In this document: positions 9,801 to 17,951 of the stretch, one piece after another
How the letters are laid out: each line of letters starts with the position of its first letter
Numbering within the stretch: the first letter of the stretch is position 1
From: Armatimonadota bacterium
Lineage (GTDB): Bacteria > Armatimonadota > UBA5829 > DTLH01
Length of the DNA stretch: 40,429 nucleotides
Reading direction: 5' to 3'
NCBI GenBank assembly: GCA_038207085.1
Contig: JBBRAE010000025.1
Coordinates: 1-40,429, forward strand
Made by a program: the position numbers and the translations under genes
Notes under the pieces: model-generated
Told to the model about the DNA's origin: nothing
Databases searched by the model: none
What the model saw: only the letters and a program-made list of their open reading frames with translations

Positions 9801-10019
9801 CAGGTTCTCTGTGCGGGCGACGTCGTTCTCCGCTGTGCGGTGAAAGATGCAACCCGGCAGTGTCTCTTCGTTGAGGGGTTCAACCTCTCCTGAGGCGATA
9901 GCTTCGGCGGTGAGCCGTTCTCTCTCTTCCTCAGACCCGTCGACCCAGACAAGTTTCTCCGGCTGGCAAAGCGCCGCCATCTGGTCGACCCATTCCTGTA
10001 GTTCACGATGCTGAATCAC
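6888..10019 (-). CDS. pckG: Fusion: GTP-dependent phosphoenolpyruvate carboxykinase (aa about 1-590) plus class I/II PLP aminotransferase (aa about 605-1043)
   Basis: PEPCK motifs GSGYGGNVLLGKKC, FPSACGKTN, VGDDIAW, NSRF, RRDPMAMLPF, WPGFGEN. Aminotransferase motifs NFPNNPTG, DDAYFG, DGPTKEEYVWGFRTG, IRVAFS. One uninterrupted frame; GTG start with ggagga RBS. Confidence 0.93.
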   Translation of the reverse strand: MIQHRELQEWVDQMAALCQPEKLVWVDGSEEERERLTAEAIASGEVEPLNEETLPGCIFHRTAENDVARTENLTYICTTLPEDAGPTNNWMSPEEGYRRARDFFDGSMKGRTMYVIPFSMGPVGSPFSKIGVELTDSIYVVLNMRIMTHVGSSVLKQLGAGGQFTRCLHSKADLDIDRRLIMHFPEDNTIWSVGSGYGGNVLLGKKCLALRIASYLGKREGWLAEHMLIMGVEDPSGHIEYVAAAFPSACGKTNLAMLLPPEGLKVKGYRIWTVGDDIAWMRIDTDGRLWAINPEKGFFGVAPGTNMKSNPNMMMTIAKNTIYTNVVLKDDGTVWWEGHDDEPPAEATDWKGNPWKPGMVDADGKKVVGAHANSRFTSPLTQCPSHSFRTEHHHGVPISAIVFGGRRAQLAPLVYEAFDWEHGVYVGATMGSEMTAAAFGKIGQVRRDPMAMLPFCGYHMGDYFKHWIDMGKRMSNPPKIFHVNWFRQDEDGNFLWPGFGENLRVIEWILDRCRGEADAQISPIGYLPTTDSLDLTGLDVSQDALDKLFSVNPMDWREETNQTATFFETFGDRFPKELWEQHESLKLRLKAPITMLKSGTDVRPLAAELNEVIERENPYVFEMFSELGRRLFFPKGILSQSAEAKDKAKKFDATIGIAKENGKPMFLQSVMNYLGGLTAVEALTYAPATGRADLRKKWREQLIAKNPSLAAKSFSMPIVTSGVTHALSLVGDMFVEKGDMILLPDKFWENYELIFGVRLQAQLAVYPFFDMEGNFNAEGLRRVLASRTDSGKTIVILNFPNNPTGYSIRKEEAEKVCFVLKEAAENGCDLIVVADDAYFGLFYDEDVLDESMFAKLADLHERILAVKVDGPTKEEYVWGFRTGMLTFSTKAAMSQDALYNALEKKFAGAIRAAISNCSHPAQSILIKAMNSDTFESETAEKRAVLESRANKVKEILRSPEYADLWEPYPFNAGYFMCLKLKGIDAETYRKHLLEHHGVGVIADGKRDIRVAFSAVDAESLPELYEVLATAARELKSGHKPESN

Positions 10020-10117
10020 TATAGTCCTCCATCCTCCGTCTTCGGGAATAGACCACTGTCCGCTCCCTACTCTGTGAGTTTTCGGTTCTACCAGTGAAGT
10101 TACCGCCCGATGTCACG

Positions 10118-10148
10118 AAAAACCGGCAGCCTGCCTCGGCCTGCCGGT
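10118..10148 (-). terminator. Intrinsic terminator after the GT-C-like gene, or attenuator in the pckG leader
   Basis: Minus strand accggcag-N11-ctgccggt followed by TTTT. Confidence 0.55.
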
Positions 10149-10213
10149 CCGTTCCTGAACAACGCAACGGTACTCTACTAGCAATAATAGAATAGCAGGA
10201 TGGCAGGTTTTGG

Positions 10214-11836
10214 TCAATCGGAAATTTTGGCCTGTTCCATACGAAGCCGGGTGGAGGACTGCTTCGTAGTGTGTGTGACTGGCGGTCTGGTCAGTTTGTA
10301 GACGTGGTAAGCTGCACTCTTGTTGTTGAGCAACCTCAGTCGCCACCCTTTCTGCTGCAAACCGTGCGCAATACCGAATATCCTCTCCCAGTTCGCCAAG
10401 ACCACCAGGTGATCGGCCTTGGAACGAAGCGCGATCTCGTTTAGGGCATCCCATCGTCGGGTGCCAGAGGAAGGCAATGTCAGCCGAAGATGGCTGTCGA
10501 CGCTTGACGGTGTTTTTAGTCCGACCATGTCAACCATCCGAAACTTGGTGGCATAGGCGATGTACCCTGCGTCGTGGATGAGTAGGACACTGTTCTTTGG
10601 TAGAGTGGCGTTGCACCCACTCGCGACCCCCGCGAGTTCCTCTTGCGTGAACGCTACGCCCTTGTTATACTCTTTCCAGCGGTACGGTAGATAATACAAA
10701 GACTGGCATGTTCCAAGCACGAGCAGCATTGCCGCAACTACGCGCAGGGGTAGGGAGCGGCTGGCAAAGAGCAGCATCGCGCCATAGAGCACAAATGGCA
10801 ATATAATGTAGAGATATCTCTGTTCGTAGTGGGCAAGCGCTCCCGGAAACTGCGCCCAGTAACAGCCAAGTAGAATGACGCAGAACAATACCGCCGCTCT
10901 GCCGGTTCTTGATAATATAAGGCCGACTGCTGCAGCGCTGAGTATCCCGATCTTTAGAGCAAATGCTTCCAGTTGGAATGTGACCCACTGTGTCTTGATG
11001 CTAATCGGAAGATGTGTTTCGGCGAAGAAGGCCCGTTTGGCGGCAATGGTGGACGGAAAAGGCATTCCAGTGCTTACCCAATACCACACAAACCACGGAG
11101 CGGTCGCGGCTGCGGCCAGCGCCATGTCGATTGCACAAGCCGTGAGCGCGGTTCGGCGGGTAGGAGATGACTTCAAGTGCCTGAGGCATCGCAGTGACAT
11201 AATAATCGCAGATAATGCCACAAGTTCCGGTCTGATGAACGGAATTGTCCCGCACAGGATTGGCAAAACCCTGTTTGCCGGTTTGGCTCTGTCTGAGGAG
11301 TAGACCAGCATCCAAGTCAGTGCGGCGAGAGCAAGACCGGTTTCGAGCCCATTCATGAGCTGGTGCGGAGTCAGTGCGACTGTGACTCCAGCGATCACAA
11401 ACAGAGCTGCGACAGGTGTCGACGCGCGATATAGGAACGCCAGGCGCGACAAGCCAAGAACGTACGCTATGATCGAAAGCCACGCAGCCGTATGCAGCGC
11501 CCACAACGGCTTCATAACGGTCATTAGCATCGTAACCAGGCCCAAATGGACCGCGCTGGTCGCTCCACAAAGTGCCGTGGATCCTGCATAGTTGGGATCA
11601 TGTCCCCACCATATCACCTGTGCGTTGTGCAGTGTGATGTATGCGTCATCTACCGGAAAGACTGGAATGGTTTTGTTGGTGGTGAACCAGACCGTAAGCG
11701 TAGCCATCAGCGTCGCAATATAGAACCATCGCTTCTGCATATCTGGCGCTGGTGACAGCAGCCCCAACTGATGGCGCTTTGAAGGTGATACACTCTCACC
11801 ACTGTAAGCACGTTCTGTTTGAATTGTAGTGGACAT
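10214..11836 (-). CDS. Polytopic membrane protein, GT-C-like glycosyltransferase
   Basis: DDAYI after the first TM helix, GLET, RPE, QRY, many TM helices, and a soluble C-terminal domain with DAGYIAY and DMVGL. Confidence 0.65.
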   Translation of the reverse strand: MSTTIQTERAYSGESVSPSKRHQLGLLSPAPDMQKRWFYIATLMATLTVWFTTNKTIPVFPVDDAYITLHNAQVIWWGHDPNYAGSTALCGATSAVHLGLVTMLMTVMKPLWALHTAAWLSIIAYVLGLSRLAFLYRASTPVAALFVIAGVTVALTPHQLMNGLETGLALAALTWMLVYSSDRAKPANRVLPILCGTIPFIRPELVALSAIIMSLRCLRHLKSSPTRRTALTACAIDMALAAAATAPWFVWYWVSTGMPFPSTIAAKRAFFAETHLPISIKTQWVTFQLEAFALKIGILSAAAVGLILSRTGRAAVLFCVILLGCYWAQFPGALAHYEQRYLYIILPFVLYGAMLLFASRSLPLRVVAAMLLVLGTCQSLYYLPYRWKEYNKGVAFTQEELAGVASGCNATLPKNSVLLIHDAGYIAYATKFRMVDMVGLKTPSSVDSHLRLTLPSSGTRRWDALNEIALRSKADHLVVLANWERIFGIAHGLQQKGWRLRLLNNKSAAYHVYKLTRPPVTHTTKQSSTRLRMEQAKISD

Positions 11837-11954
11837 TGGCAACCCCCTACGTCATTATGGCGTTCGGATGACGCTATCTGTAGGGTTGTTATGGCACTAT
11901 ATAGCTTTGCTGCCGCGTCCCAACATCTGCAACTAGAGAAATGCCCCTTGTAGA

Positions 11955-12773
11955 TTAGCGACCACCCGCTCCCAACACCACATACTCGTGCTGCGCGCGC
12001 TGGCCGCTCACGCGAAATACGCTGTAGCCAACTGGGTCTTTGCCGAGCGACTGGCTGACGGCTGAAGTCGTAATCATCGTAAGTCCGCCGTCTTTGGCGA
12101 TCGACTCCTTGTGCAGATGCCCCGCAAGCGCGAAATCTACGCCATAGTCCTTCATCAGCGCGAGATATTTGACCCGCTCGCTGCTTGGGACGTTGAAATA
12201 TTCGTCCTTTTCGTCCGGCGTGGCGAGAAACCACGGATGATGCGTCAGCACGAAGACGTGCGCGGGGTTCTTCTTTTTTGCGGCCTCAAGAGATTGCTTG
12301 AACCACTCAAACTGAGCGTCTTTGAGCTTTGCTTCGGCTCCGCCGTTGCAGTAGAGGTTGCTGTCGAGCACGATGAACTGTGAGTTTTCGTAGGAAAACG
12401 TGTAGTGGTCCGGTCCGAAGAGCCTGGTGTAGGAGCGAACCCCCGCCTCGTTCGGAGTTGCGATATCGTGGTTTCCCGCGACGAGGTAGAGCGGAATACT
12501 CGCATCAAGCTTTCGAGCTATACGCCAGAACTCCCTGATCTGCCTGGGGTCGTGCGCCTTGTTCACCAGGTCGCCGCTTATTACGACAAATGCCGGCTCC
12601 AGTTCGTTGATCTGCTCTACAGCCTTGGTGAAGTTCGCAATCTCGATCGACATGTCGTCGCCTTTGGTCATCCCGAGCTGGGTGTCGGCGATCTGAACGA
12701 AGGTGAAGTTGTCTGCTGCAAACGCTGAGATCGGCAGCAGCAGCAAAAAGATCAGTGCGCGAAGGTATCTCAT
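11955..12773 (-). CDS. Secreted calcineurin-like metallophosphoesterase (CPPED1-like)
   Basis: Signal peptide, DTQ, SGDL, GNHD, THHP, AGHLH. Confidence 0.88.
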   Translation of the reverse strand: MRYLRALIFLLLLPISAFAADNFTFVQIADTQLGMTKGDDMSIEIANFTKAVEQINELEPAFVVISGDLVNKAHDPRQIREFWRIARKLDASIPLYLVAGNHDIATPNEAGVRSYTRLFGPDHYTFSYENSQFIVLDSNLYCNGGAEAKLKDAQFEWFKQSLEAAKKKNPAHVFVLTHHPWFLATPDEKDEYFNVPSSERVKYLALMKDYGVDFALAGHLHKESIAKDGGLTMITTSAVSQSLGKDPVGYSVFRVSGQRAQHEYVVLGAGGR

Positions 12774-12827
12774 AACACGCTCCCAAAATGCTTATCTTGA
12801 TAAGATACTCTTACGCGCGCTGCTCGA

Positions 12828-13223
12828 TCATTCCTCCGATTTACCCACGTGATTGTCCCCGTCACATATTCGAAAAGCCGCCAGCAGCGCCTCGATGACG
12901 TTGCCCTTGGGGATAAACTCGTTCCCGACGTAAAGGCTGTACCCCGACGTGGAAATCGCTCGCGAGATCGCCGTATAGTTTAGCTCCTGTGTGTCGTCGA
13001 GGTCGTTTCTGCCCGGGATGCCGTGCTCGGCGGCGATATCGATCGACTCCACGAGTTCGCGCTCGATGCGGTCGTGGTTTGCGGGGTTATTGAGCCCATC
13101 GTGGAGCGCCTCGTGCCCGCACATACCGGCAACAACCAGCCCGTGCCGCTTGGCAAGCGCGACCGTTTCCCCAAAATGCTCGTCTCTGCCCCACATCTCC
13201 ACCGCGACAAAACCGATATCAGC
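12828..13223 (-). pseudogene. Hydroxypyruvate isomerase-like (Hyi, TIM barrel) remnant, 5'-truncated and internally deleted
   Basis: ADIGFVAVEMW...GLNNPANHD...SIDIAAEHGIPG is joined directly to the C-terminal RNDLDDTQELNY...GYSLYVGNEFIP. An in-frame TAA at 13224-13226 precedes it, and the central catalytic region is absent. Confidence 0.8.
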
Positions 13224-13310
13224 TTATCTCCTTAACTCTTCTCCACACCATCACCCACTGCCCGGCTTTGACGAGCTCACGACAACAGGTTCATCGACTT
13301 CGGACTCCTC

Positions 13311-13334
13311 GATGGCGCCGGGTCTCCCGACCCC
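13311..13334. repeat. Single REP-like palindrome, same family as the 34333-34453 cluster
   Basis: gatggcgccgggtctcccgacccc compared with gatcgtgccgggtctccagactc. Confidence 0.6.
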
Positions 13335-13337
13335 GAA

Positions 13338-15485
13338 TCAACCCCTCGCCATCGGATTGCTCTTCATCGAAAGCGAAATCCTCTTCCTCGGAATATCGAC
13401 CCCGACCACGGTCACCATCACCTTTTGGGCGACCTTGACGACCTCGCTTGGGTCGCGGACGAACTTGTCGGCGAGGTGGCTCACATGCACGAGTCCGTCC
13501 TGATGCACGCCGATGTCGACAAACGCCCCAAACGCGGCGACGTTGGTGACGATCCCCGGAAGCTTCATTCCTACACTCAGGTCTTCCATCTTCTCGACGC
13601 CGTCAGCGAACTGGAACGCCTCGAACTTCTCGCGGGGGTCGCGCCCGGGCTTGGCGAGTTCGTCGACGATGTCGCGCAGGGTGGGGAGGCCGACCTTTTC
13701 ATCAACATAAGCGTCAAGCTTGATCTGGCGGCGCAGCGACTCGTCTCTTATGAGATCAGAGACTTTGCAGCCGAGGTCTTTGCTCATCTTATCGACTACA
13801 CGATAGCTCTCGGGGTGCACAGCGCTTGAGTCGAGCGGGTTATTCCCCTCTCGAATGCGAAGGAACCCCGCCGCCTGCTCAAACGCCTTCGGCCCAAGCC
13901 CTTTGACCTTCTTTAGCTGATCGCGCGAGCCAAACGGGCCGTTGTCGTCCCTGAACTTCACGATGTTCCCGGCAAGCGTCGGCCCCAGACCCGACACGTA
14001 GGTCAGAAGTTGCTTGCTCGCCGTGTTCACGTCCACCCCGACGCCGTTTACACAGCTCACGACCACGTCGTCCAGGCTGCGCTTCAGTGCCTTCTGGTCT
14101 ACGTCGTGCTGATACTGCCCGACCCCGATAGACTTGGGGTCGATCTTCACAAGCTCGGCCAAGGGGTCCATCAGGCGTCGACCGATCGAAACCGCCCCGC
14201 GCACCGTCACGTCATAGGTCGGGAACTCCTCGCGCGCGACGTCTGAGGCGGAGTAGATCGACGCGCCCGACTCGTTAACCATCACGATATGAATCTCCGA
14301 AGGCAGCCCAAGCGAGCGGACGAACTGTTCGGTCTCGCGGCTTGCGGTGCCGTTTCCTATCGCGATCACCTCGATCCTAAATCTCTTGACGAGGCTGAGC
14401 ACCGTTGTCCCCGCCTCATGGAGCCCACGCTGGCCGGTGTGAGGGAAGACCGCCTCGTAATGAATGAGTTTCCCCTGACGGTCGAGGCACACGAGTTTGC
14501 ACCCGGTGCGAAAACCCGGGTCAAGGGCGAGCACCATCTTCTGTCCCAGGGGCGCGGCAAGCAGGAGCTCTCGAAGGTTGGAGGCAAAGACGCGGATAGC
14601 CTCCTCGTCGGCGATTTTCTTAAGCTCTGCGCGGACTTCGGTCTCCATCGACGGCGCAAGGAGGCGCTTGTAGCTGTCCTCGACCGCCGTCTGCACCTGC
14701 TCGCTTACCGCGTTGCTGCCACGGACGAAGCGCCAGGATAGCTTCCTCACCGCGTCCTCATCAGGAGGGGCGACGTGGAGCTTGAGGAACCCTTCGTTCT
14801 CCCCGCGCATCATCGCAAGAATCCTGTGGGACGGCGAGTTTGCGGCAAGCTCTTTCCAGTCAAAGTAGTCTTTGTACTTGGCGCCTTCCTCTTCTTTGCC
14901 CTTGGCGACCGATGTGCTGATCGAGCCTCGCTTGGTGAAAAGCTCTCTCATCTCCGCCCGGGCTTCAGCGTCCTCGCTCACCATCTCCGCGATGATGTCG
15001 CGCGCCCCGGCAAGTGCGTCGTCAGCTGTCGAAACACCCATTTCTTCGTTTAAAAATACGGAGGCCTCGCGTTGGAGGTCCATTGGCTTTTGCACCAGAA
15101 TCGCGAGTGCGAGCGGCTCAAGCCCCTTTTCGCGCGCGATAGTGGCCCGCGTGCGGCGCTTCGGCCTGTAGGGAAGATAGATATCCTCAAGCTCGGCCAT
15201 CGCCTCTGCTGCTTCGATCGCCTTCTTGAGTTCATCGTTAAGAAGTTCTCGTTCCACAAGCGACTTCAGTATCGCCCCGCGCCGGTCGTCGAGATCGGCA
15301 AGCTGCGCGAGCCTGTCTCTGATCGAGGTAATCTGCACCTCGTCGAGCAACCCCGTAACCTCTTTTCGGTAACGGGCGATAAACGGGACGGTGGCGTCCG
15401 ACTCAAGTAGCTCTGCTGTGGCGTGCACCTGCCTCGGGTTGAGCGCAAGCTCCATGGAGACTCTGGAAATATGACTGCTGTTCAT
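13338..15485 (-). CDS. tex: Tex family RNA-binding transcription accessory protein
   Basis: TVPFIARYRKE, EDIYLPYRPKRRT, LDPGFRTGCK, AIGNGTASRET, NESGASIYSAS, IGVGQYQHD, and a C-terminal S1 domain (FGAFVDIGVHQDGLVHVS). Confidence 0.97.
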   Translation of the reverse strand: MNSSHISRVSMELALNPRQVHATAELLESDATVPFIARYRKEVTGLLDEVQITSIRDRLAQLADLDDRRGAILKSLVERELLNDELKKAIEAAEAMAELEDIYLPYRPKRRTRATIAREKGLEPLALAILVQKPMDLQREASVFLNEEMGVSTADDALAGARDIIAEMVSEDAEARAEMRELFTKRGSISTSVAKGKEEEGAKYKDYFDWKELAANSPSHRILAMMRGENEGFLKLHVAPPDEDAVRKLSWRFVRGSNAVSEQVQTAVEDSYKRLLAPSMETEVRAELKKIADEEAIRVFASNLRELLLAAPLGQKMVLALDPGFRTGCKLVCLDRQGKLIHYEAVFPHTGQRGLHEAGTTVLSLVKRFRIEVIAIGNGTASRETEQFVRSLGLPSEIHIVMVNESGASIYSASDVAREEFPTYDVTVRGAVSIGRRLMDPLAELVKIDPKSIGVGQYQHDVDQKALKRSLDDVVVSCVNGVGVDVNTASKQLLTYVSGLGPTLAGNIVKFRDDNGPFGSRDQLKKVKGLGPKAFEQAAGFLRIREGNNPLDSSAVHPESYRVVDKMSKDLGCKVSDLIRDESLRRQIKLDAYVDEKVGLPTLRDIVDELAKPGRDPREKFEAFQFADGVEKMEDLSVGMKLPGIVTNVAAFGAFVDIGVHQDGLVHVSHLADKFVRDPSEVVKVAQKVMVTVVGVDIPRKRISLSMKSNPMARG

Positions 15486-15503
15486 CAAAACCTCTGGTAA
15501 TCA

Positions 15504-15550
15504 GGTGGCGCTACTGCGCCAGCCTTTAAGTGTGGCACAGTAGCGCCACC
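15504..15550. repeat. 18-bp imperfect inverted repeat (REP-like hairpin) just upstream of tex
   Basis: ggtggcgctactgcgcca at 15504-15521 and tggcacagtagcgccacc at 15533-15550. Confidence 0.7.
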
Positions 15551-15699
15551 GAATTGCTGGGGGATATATAATGTGGTATTCTTCGCCGAACGAACCCGAA
15601 TAACCTCCCACAACGTTTCGTGGAGGTCGCAGGGCAGGCGATGTCGAAGTCTTCAAATGTCAGGGGAGCCGATCAAGTGTTCTGCGGGGACTTATTGGG

Positions 15700-15767
15700 C
15701 AAATAATGAAAGTGGCCGGGAAGCCTGGCCTACTCCCCGGCCGAGGCAAGCGGTAAACCGCTCACCC
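15700..15767 (-). ncRNA. Candidate two-hairpin small RNA or attenuator directly downstream of a promoter
   Basis: Hairpin gggtgagcgg-ttta-ccgcttgcct, then ggccggggag...cttcccggcc followed by actttcattattt. No family recognised. Confidence 0.35.
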
Positions 15768-15774
15768 AAGTGTC

Positions 15775-15803
15775 ATTATAGATGTATCCGTATGCACAGA
15801 CAA
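15775..15803 (-). promoter_or_regulatory. Sigma70-type promoter facing tex
   Basis: Minus strand TTGTCT-17bp-TATAAT. Confidence 0.7.
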
Positions 15804-15847
15804 GTGCTATTTAGCGACTATTCTCTTAAGCTTTATTCACATATTCT

Positions 15848-16549
15848 ATGACTATTTTTGCAATATCAGATCTACACCTGTCTTTTGCCAACCCAAAACC
15901 GATGGACATCTTCGGAACCGAATGGGAAAACCACCCCGAGAAGATCGCCCGAGCATGGGACAGCACGGTCGCACCAGACGACGTTGTGCTGGTCGCGGGG
16001 GATACATCCTGGGCTATGAAGTACTCGGGGGCCGTGCCCGACCTGGAGTTCGTCGCTGCGCGTCCGGGTGGGAAGATTCTTATCCGTGGAAACCACGACT
16101 ACTGGTGGGGTAGGCAGTCGACGAACAAAATCGCAAAAGCGGTCGACCCCAGCATTACGCTGCTTCAGGGGTCGTCGTGTGTGGTGGGAAATGTCGGCAT
16201 CGTCGGCACTCGGGGCTGGAGGCTGGAGGACGCCGAAAGTGGTGACCTGGCCGAAGCGGACCGTAAAATCTATGACCGGGAGCTTATGTATCTTAGGAGA
16301 GCTTTGGAATCGCTTCCAGGCGATATCTGTGCCCGAATAGCGATGCTGCACTATCCGCCCTTTGGGCTAGACATGCAGCCAAACGAGTTTCGAGAAGTGA
16401 TGGATGAGTTCTCGGTCGACATTTGCGTCTACGGTCACATCCACGGCCAGTCAAGCGCGATTCTCGAAGGTGACGTAGGCGGCATCGCCTATTACCTGAC
16501 ATCCGCCGACCACGCGGGCTTCCGACCGATAGAGATCCTAAAAGTATAA
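15848..16549 (+). CDS. Metallophosphoesterase (DR1119-like predicted phosphohydrolase)
   Basis: SDLHLS, AGDTSWAM, RGNHDYWW, GTRGW, LHYPP, YGHIH. Confidence 0.9.
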   Translation: MTIFAISDLHLSFANPKPMDIFGTEWENHPEKIARAWDSTVAPDDVVLVAGDTSWAMKYSGAVPDLEFVAARPGGKILIRGNHDYWWGRQSTNKIAKAVDPSITLLQGSSCVVGNVGIVGTRGWRLEDAESGDLAEADRKIYDRELMYLRRALESLPGDICARIAMLHYPPFGLDMQPNEFREVMDEFSVDICVYGHIHGQSSAILEGDVGGIAYYLTSADHAGFRPIEILKV

Positions 16550-16558
16550 CTCGGTGGT

Positions 16559-17758
16559 CTATTCAGATTCCACTACGAGCACCGCTGCGTCGTCACGGAG
16601 TTTGCCGCCGGTCACGCAGGTCGCCGCCTGAAAGATCGCCCGCATGACCTCCTCAGCTCCCCTGTGCGCGGTTGACTGAAGCACCTCGGTGATTCCGTTG
16701 GTCCCGAGGAAATGCCCCTCGCTGCGGGCGTCGGTGATCCCGTCGGTGTAGAGCAGCAGCATGTCCCCAGGGTGCATATACACTTCAAACTCCGAGTAGC
16801 GGCTCCCGGGGACGACGCCAAGCGCGATTCCTGTCACATCAAGCGGAGTGACGCGCTTGGTGCATTGACAGAGCATCAGTGGCTCGTCGTGCCCGGCGTC
16901 AGCGTAGGTGAGGGTATTTCGCCCGGTATCAAGCACCCCATAGAACGCGGTGATAAAGAGTTCTTCGGGTGTATAGTCGCAGAGTGCGCTGTTGAGCTTT
17001 TCGAGCACTCGGGCAGGCGAGGGGTCTTCGTGAACGTAAGCCCGGACCATATTCTTGGTCATAGCCGTGTAGACCGCGGCTTTGAGTCCCTTGCCCGACA
17101 CGTCGGCCATCACAAAGGCGAGGCGTCCCTGCCCGATGTCGAAAACGTCGTAAAAGTCACCCCCGACCTCGGCTTCATCAAGCGCCGGATGGTAGTCGGC
17201 TATGATTCTGTAGCCGTCCCGGCTGAGGTTGACCTCAGGAAGCAGCGTCCGCTGGAATACCTGCGCGATATTGTGCTCGCGCTGATACATTTCTTCCAGT
17301 TCTTCGGACCGTTTTTCGGCGCGTGACACGCTCTCTGTGACGTCGGCAAGCGATACGACGAACCCACAGACGCAACGCGCGTCGTCGAACTCTGGTGACA
17401 CGGTGCAGTCCCAGTAGGAGGCTGATTGTTGGGGGGCAGGATGAAGTGCATACGATTGCCCGTGGGTGTGAACCGTTTCTCCGGTTTCACGGGCATGCTC
17501 GAAAGCTCGTCTCGGGGCGTGCTGAGTGAACACATCGGTGTAGGGGATATCTGTAAGCTCTTCGAGTGTCCGTCCGCAGCGGTCCAGAAACGCATGGTTG
17601 GCCCAGACAAATCTTAGACCACAATCGAGATAAGCCAGCAGCGCAGCGGTTCCATCTGCCACTGCTTCAAGCACTCTCGATGTCCTGATGACCTTTGAAA
17701 GGTCGTTGGTCCCCTCATCGAGACGATCGGCCAACGTCACTAGGTCCTTCTGTGTCAT
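16559..17758 (-). CDS. PAS-domain SpoIIE/RsbU-type PP2C serine phosphatase
   Basis: PAS region, then VGGDFYD, ADVSGKG, AGH, YTDGITDA, DDAAVLVV. Confidence 0.92.
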   Translation of the reverse strand: MTQKDLVTLADRLDEGTNDLSKVIRTSRVLEAVADGTAALLAYLDCGLRFVWANHAFLDRCGRTLEELTDIPYTDVFTQHAPRRAFEHARETGETVHTHGQSYALHPAPQQSASYWDCTVSPEFDDARCVCGFVVSLADVTESVSRAEKRSEELEEMYQREHNIAQVFQRTLLPEVNLSRDGYRIIADYHPALDEAEVGGDFYDVFDIGQGRLAFVMADVSGKGLKAAVYTAMTKNMVRAYVHEDPSPARVLEKLNSALCDYTPEELFITAFYGVLDTGRNTLTYADAGHDEPLMLCQCTKRVTPLDVTGIALGVVPGSRYSEFEVYMHPGDMLLLYTDGITDARSEGHFLGTNGITEVLQSTAHRGAEEVMRAIFQAATCVTGGKLRDDAAVLVVESE

Positions 17759-17821
17759 GCGCTCCCCCTTTCGAAGCTTATGAACGTTGAGGCTACGACA
17801 ACTATTGTAGCATACAGGGGT

Positions 17822-17848
17822 AATATGTCAAGGGTCAATTGACATATT
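17822..17848. promoter_or_regulatory. 10-bp perfect inverted repeat in the divergent PP2C/MFS spacer, overlapping a minus-strand -35 box
   Basis: aatatgtcaa-N7-ttgacatatt. The minus strand reads TTGACA-16bp-TACAAT. Confidence 0.45.
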
Positions 17849-17866
17849 GACTGATTGTTGACAGGG

Positions 17867-17895
17867 TTGCCTCGTGCGGTCGCTATGTTTATAAT
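17867..17895 (+). promoter_or_regulatory. Sigma70-type promoter of the MFS gene
   Basis: TTGCCT-17bp-TATAAT. Confidence 0.55.
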
Positions 17896-17951
17896 GGCTG
17901 AGGCTGAGGACATTAACAGAGAACTTGCCGAGCCAGTCATTGAGGTGAACT

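Noticed and set aside
12791..12807. Short overlapping palindromes (cttatcttgataag) upstream of the phosphoesterase
   Set aside because: Too short and AT-rich to distinguish from chance, with no second copy.
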